Translations under genes and position numbers: made by a program | Shown here: positions 58,901 through 64,000 of the stretch, piece after piece | How the letters are laid out: each line of letters starts with the position of its first letter | Numbering within the stretch: position 1 is the stretch's first letter | Assembly (NCBI RefSeq): GCF_009914755.1 | Contig: NC_060948.1 | DNA: 64,000 bases | Strand: one strand, 5' to 3' | DNA from: the human T2T-CHM13v2.0 reference genome, Homo sapiens | The notes under the pieces: generated by a model | Database searches by the model: none | What the model was told of the DNA's origin: nothing | What the model saw: the letters and a program-made list of their open reading frames with translations, nothing else

Positions 58901-61900
58901 ATGGCATGGAATATAAAGAAATGGAATCGAAGAGAATGGAAACAAATGGAATGGAATTGAATGGAATGGAATTGAATGGAATGGGAACGAATGGAGTGAA
59001 ATTGTATGCAGTAGAAGAGAATAGAATGGAATGCAAGCGAAAGGAAAGGAATGGATTGGAATGGAATGGAATTCATTGGAATGGAAGGGAATGTAGTGTA
59101 ATGGACAGGCCTGGAATAAAGTGGAATGCTACGGTCTCGAATGGAATAAAAATGTATGGAATGGAATGCAATGAAACGGAATCGAATGTCATAGAATGTA
59201 ATGGAATGCAAAAAAATGGAATCCAAAATCATTGACTGGAAAGGCTGGGTGTCGAAAGGAATTGACTCCAATGGAATGGAATCGAATGGAATGGAAGTGA
59301 ATAGAATCGAACTAAATCGAATGGAATGGAATTGATAGGAACGGAATGGAAAGGAATGCAATGATTTGGCATGGAATGGAATCGAATGGCATCGAATGGA
59401 ATGGAATGGAATGCAATGGAATGGAATATATTAGAATGTAATGAACTTTAATGGAATGTACTCGAATGGATTCGACTGGAATGGAATGTTCTGGAAGTGA
59501 ATGGACTCCAATGGAATGGATTCGAAAGGAATAGAATCGTACGGAATGGAATCTAATGGAATGGAATTAAATGGAAATGAATCAAATTGAATAGCACGGA
59601 ATTGAATTGAATGGAATGGAATGCAATGGAATCTAATGAAACGGAAAGGAAAGGAATGGAATGGAATGGAATGGGCTGGAATGGAAAGGAATCGAAACGA
59701 ATGGAATGGAATCGAACTGAAGAGACTGGAATGGAATGCACTGGAATGGAAGGGAGTGTAATGGAAGGTTCTCGAAAAAAATGGAATCGAATGGAATGGA
59801 ATTGAATGGAACGGAATAGAGTCGAATGGAATTGAATGGAATGGAATGGACTAGAGTGAAATGGAATCGAACCACAAGGAATGGACAGGAATAGAATGGT
59901 CTCGAATTGAATGGAATCGTATGGAATGGCATCAAACGGAATGGAATGGACAGCCACGGAATGGAATGCACTCGAATGCAATGGAGTCGAAACTAATGGA
60001 CTGGAATAGAATGGACTCGACTGGTACGGACTCCAATGGAATGGAATCGAATGCAAGGGAATCGAACGGAATGGACTCGAAGGGAAAAGACTGCAATGGA
60101 AAGGTCTCGAATGGAATGGAAATTAATGGAATGGATTGGAATCGAATGAAATGGAGTCAAAAGGAATGGAATCGAATGGCAAGAAATCAAATGTAATGGA
60201 ATCGCAAGGAATTGATGTGAACGGAACGGAATGGAATGGAATCCAAAGGAATGGAATAGAATGGAATGGAATCGAATGGAAAGGACTCGAATGGAAATCA
60301 CTCGAATAGAATGCAATTTAATAAAATAGGATCAAATGTAATGGAATGGAATGGAAAGGAATCGAAATGAAAGGAATGGAGACAGATGGAATGGAATGGA
60401 ACAGAGAGCAATGGTATAGAATGGAATGGAATCATCTGGAATGGAATTGAATGGAATGGAATAACATGAAATGGAATGGAATGGAATGGAATGCCCTTGA
60501 ATTAAATGGACTGGAATGGAATGGACTCGAACAGAGTGGAATGGAAAGTGTTGAAATATAATGGAATGGACTCCTTTGGAATGGTCTAGTATGCAATGCA
60601 ATCGACTGGCAGGGAATCAAAAGGAATGTAATCGAATGGATTGGACTGGAATGCAATGGATTCGAATAGATTGGAAACGGAATGCAAAGGAATGGAATGG
60701 AATAGTATGGAATGGAATGGAAAGTAATGGAGTGGAATAGACTAGAGTGGAATGGAATGGACTGGAAAGCAATGGACTGGAATGGAACTTTCTTGAATGG
60801 AGTGGAATCAAACGGAATGGAATGCACTGCAATCAAATGGCATGGAATAAAATAGAATGAAAGAGAATCAAACGGAATTGAATCGAATGGAATCGAATGG
60901 ATTGGAAAGGAATAGAATGGAATGGAATGGAATTGACTCAAATGGAATGGACTAGAATGGAATGGATTCGAATGGAAGGCAAAGGAATGGAATCTATTGG
61001 AATGGACTGTAATGGAATGGAATGGAAGGGATTGGAATGGACTCGAATGGAATGGACTGCAATAGAAAGGATTCGAATGGAATGAAAAAGAATTGAATGG
61101 AATAGAACAGAATGGAATCAAATCGAATGAAATTGAATGGAATAGTAAGGAATGGAATGAAATGGAATGGAAAGGATTCGAATGGAATGCAATCGAATGG
61201 AATGCAATCGAATGGAATGGAATCGAACGGAATGGAATAAAATGGAAGAAAACTGGCAAGAAATGGAATCGAAATGAATGGAGTGTTATGGAACGGACTC
61301 AAAAGGAATTGAATGTAATAGAATGGAGTGGAGTGGACTCGAATATAATGGACTGGAATGGAATGAAATCACATGGAATGGGAACGAATGGAATGGAATG
61401 GAAAGGAATGGAATCGAATGGAAAGGAATCGAATGGAAGGGAATGAAATTGAATCAACAGGAATGGAAGGGAATAGAATAGACGGTAATGGAATGGACTC
61501 GAATAGAATGGACACGAATGCTCACATTGAATGGACTCGAGTGGAATGGAAACGAAACGAATGTCATCGAATGGAATTGAATCGATTGGAATGAAATCGC
61601 ATAGAATGGACTGGAATCAAATGGAATTGAGTCGAAAGGAAAGGAAGCGAATGGACTGAAATGAAATGGAATGGAATTGAATGGAAAGTAATGCAATGGA
61701 ATAGAATGGAACGAAATTTCACGGAATGGAATCAAACTGAATGGAATCAAATCAATGGAATATAATCAAATGGAATGGAAAGGAATTGAATGGAGTAGAT
61801 GGGACTGGATGGGATTGGAATGAAATGTACTGGAAAGGACTCGAATTTCATGAAACGGAATGGAATGAATTGGAACGGAATGGACTCGATTGGAATGGAA

Positions 61901-64000
61901 TGTCATGGAATGGCATCAAATGGAATGGAATCGAATGCAATGGAATGCTATGGAATGGAATGGAATGCATTGGAATGGAATGTCCTCTAATGGAATGGAT
62001 TCGAGTGGAATGGAATCGAATATAATGGAGTCGAATGAAATGGAATTGAAAGGAATGGGATCGAATACAATGGAATATACTGGAATGTAACGTAATGAAC
62101 TCGAATGTAATTGACTGGAATGGAATGTACATGAATGGAATGTAATCGAATGGAAAGTAATCCAATGGAATAGAATCTAATGCAATAAAATCGACTCAAA
62201 TAGAATAGAATGGAATGGAATGGAGTGCAGTGCAATGGAATGGAAGGGAATGGAATGCAATGGAATGGAATGTAATGGAATGGAATGGAATGGGATGGAA
62301 TGGTATGGAATGGATAGTAATGGACTGGAGTGAAATGGACTGGAAAGGAATGGACTCAAATTGAAAGGGCTCGAAAGGAATGCAGTCAAATGGAATGATC
62401 TGGAATGGAATGAACACGAATGTAATGCAATCCAATAGAATGGAATCGAATGGCATGGAATATAAAGAAATGGAATCGAAGAGAATGGAAACAAATGGAA
62501 TGGAATTGAATGGAATGGAATTGAATGGAATGAGAATGAATGGAGTGAAATTGTATGCAGTAGAAGAGAATAGAATGGAATGCAAGCGAAAGGAAAGGAA
62601 TGGATTGGAATGGAATGGAATTCATTGGAATGGAAGGGAATGTAGTGTAATGGACAGGCCTGGAATAAAGTGGAATGCTACGGTCTCGAATGGAATAAAA
62701 ATGTATGGAATGGAATGCAATGAAACGGAATCGAATGTCATAGAATGTAATGGAATGCAAAAAAATGGAATCCAAAATCATTGACTGGAAAGGCTGGGTG
62801 TCGAAAGGAATTGACTCCAATGGAATGGAATCGAATGGAATGGAAGTGAATAGAATCGAACTAAATCGAATGGAATGGAATTGATAGGAACGGAATGGAA
62901 AGGAATGCAATGATTTGGCATGGAATGGAATCGAATGGCATCGAATGGAATGGAATGGAATGCAATGGAATGGAATGTATTAGAATGTAATGAACTTTAA
63001 TGGAATGTACTCGAATGGATTCGACTGGAATGGAATGTTCTGGAAGTGAATGGACTCCAATGGAATGGATTCGAAAGGAATGGAATCGTACGGAATGGAA
63101 TCTAATGGAATGGAATTAAATGGAAATGAATCAAATTGAATAGCACGGAACTGAATTGAATGGAATCGAATGCAATGGAATCTAATGAAACGGAAAGGAA
63201 AGGAATGGAATGGAATGGAATGGGCTGGAATGGAATGGAATCGAACTGAAGAGACTGGAATGGAATGCACTGGAATGGAAGGGAGTGTAATGGAAGGTTC
63301 TCGAAAAAAATGGAATCGAATGGAATGGAATTGAATGGAACGGAATAGAGTCGAATGGAATTGAATGGAATGGAATGGACTAGAGTGAAATGGAATCGAA
63401 CCACAAGGAATGGACAGGAATAGAATGGTCTCGAATTGAATGGAATCGTATGGAATGGCATCAAACGGAATGGAATGGACAGCCACGGAATGGAATGCAC
63501 TCGAATGCAATGGAGTCGAAACTAATGGACTGGAATAGAATGGACTCGACTGGTACGGACTCCAATGGAATGGAATCGAATGGAAGGGAATCGAACGGAA
63601 TGGACTCGAAGGCAAAAGACTGCAATGGAAAGGTGTCGAATGGAATGGAAATTAATGGAATGGAATGGAATCGAATGAAATGGAGTCAAAAGGAATGGAA
63701 TCGAATGGCAAGAAATCGAATGTAATGGAATCGCAAGGAATTGATGTGAACGGAACGGAATGGAATGGAATCCAAAGGAATGGAATAGAATGGAATGGAA
63801 TCGAATGGAAAGGACTCGAATGGAAATCACTCGAATAGAATGCAATTTAATAAAATAGGATCAAATGTAATGGAATGGAATGGAAAGGAATCGAAACGAA
63901 AGGAATGGAGACAGATGGAATGGAATGGAACAGAGAGCAATGGTATAGAATGGAATGGAATCATCTGGAATGGAATTGAATGGAATGGAATAACATGAAA
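49931..64000 (+). repeat. 7093-bp two-unit higher-order repeat of DYZ1 (about two copies)
   Basis: Identical or near-identical ORFs recur at +7093 (50456/57549, 51744/58837, 53339/60432, 54000/61093, 55287/62380), while neighbouring units differ more. Confidence 0.9.

Larger units (their letters stand above)
47151..64000 (+). repeat. DYZ1: DYZ1 / HSat3 satellite array, diverged (GGAAT)n on the + strand, ~3.55-kb unit, ~5 units
   Basis: Pentamer GGAAT with variants (CGAAT, GCAAT, GGACT). One GGCC is seen per full unit (52015, 55564, 59108, 62657; spacing 3549/3544/3549) with a nearby GAATTC (first at 51976). This matches the classical Y-specific ~3.4-3.6-kb HaeIII/EcoRI repeat, and the array lies next to DYZ2. 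Confidence 0.96.

Noticed and set aside
47201-63998. Numerous MEWNG/IPFHS-repeat ORFs up to 275 aa
   Set aside because: (GGAAT)n and (ATTCC)n contain no stops in any frame, so such ORFs are expected artefacts of HSat3.

Overview
The whole window is primate satellite heterochromatin, almost certainly human Yq12, and spans the junction of two alternating Y satellite blocks. Bases 1-~47150 are a head-to-tail array of ~2.42-kb DYZ2/HSat1B composite units, each an antisense, slightly 5'-truncated diverged AluY-like element, a ~570-bp HSATI-like segment and ~1.55 kb of very AT-rich DNA. Bases ~47151-64000 are DYZ1/HSat3, a diverged (GGAAT)n satellite with a ~3.55-kb unit. I find no supportable protein-coding gene, RNA gene or CRISPR array: the ORFs are by-products of repeat periodicity. 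I found no evidence of a new gene-based biological system. What deserves a second look is the array architecture. In DYZ2 there is an 814-bp duplication that coincides with a subtype switch, an A-B-B-C-A-B-C higher-order pattern, an Alu-less unit, and divergence rising toward the boundary. The DYZ2/DYZ1 junction is nearly blunt. In DYZ1 the first unit has lost ~765 bp, including its EcoRI and HaeIII sites, and the units form a 7093-bp dimer. Coordinates were counted by hand from line offsets and ORF spacings and may be off by a few bases.
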